From contig NC_086109.1 in the NCBI RefSeq assembly GCF_963921235.1, forward strand, positions 19,842,001-19,906,000: 64,000 bases of DNA, read 5' to 3'. The notes beneath the pieces were generated by a model. That model did not search any database and was not told where the DNA came from. It worked only from the letters and a program-made list of their open reading frames with translations. The DNA comes from Mobula hypostoma (Eukaryota). Made by a program: the position numbers and the translations under genes. Positions 63,964 to 64,000 of this stretch are shown one piece after another; the first letter of the stretch is position 1; each line of letters opens with the position of its first letter.

Positions 63964-63974
63964 TGTGTCTGTGT
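63914..63974. repeat. (TG)n microsatellite
   Basis: Read directly from the sequence. Confidence 0.97.
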
Positions 63975-64000
63975 AAAATTATATAATTGCATTGTACTGC

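Overview
Repeat-rich vertebrate genomic DNA, most likely from a cartilaginous fish (inferred from HE1/V-SINE-like, CR1 and Penelope-type repeats). It is not prokaryotic. Two spliced protein-coding genes lie on the minus strand. (1) A complete 11-exon DDX20/Gemin3 DEAD-box helicase (ATG 61088 to TAA 36811; 2562 nt CDS, 853 aa; every junction GT-AG and phase-compatible) with a BANP/CGCG element just upstream. (2) A two-exon class A GPCR (ATG 27804, intron 20808-26736, TAA 20640; 411 aa). It has an aminergic-like intracellular face but lacks the amine-binding Asp3.32 and the opsin Lys7.43, so it reads as an orphan receptor. The rest is mostly transposon debris: CR1, Rex1/Babar, RTE-like and HERO-like LINE pieces, SINEs, and Tc1/mariner/Tigger/hAT derivatives. 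There are also more than a dozen Penelope-like fragments whose terminal repeat carries a minimal hammerhead ribozyme motif and which repeatedly form inverted pairs, including a ~430-bp-arm hairpin in DDX20 intron 3. Two minisatellites (14.2 kb and 16.8 kb) contain internal fold-back inversions. Exon coordinates were read base by base; repeat boundaries are approximate and repeat family names come from motif recognition, not database searches.
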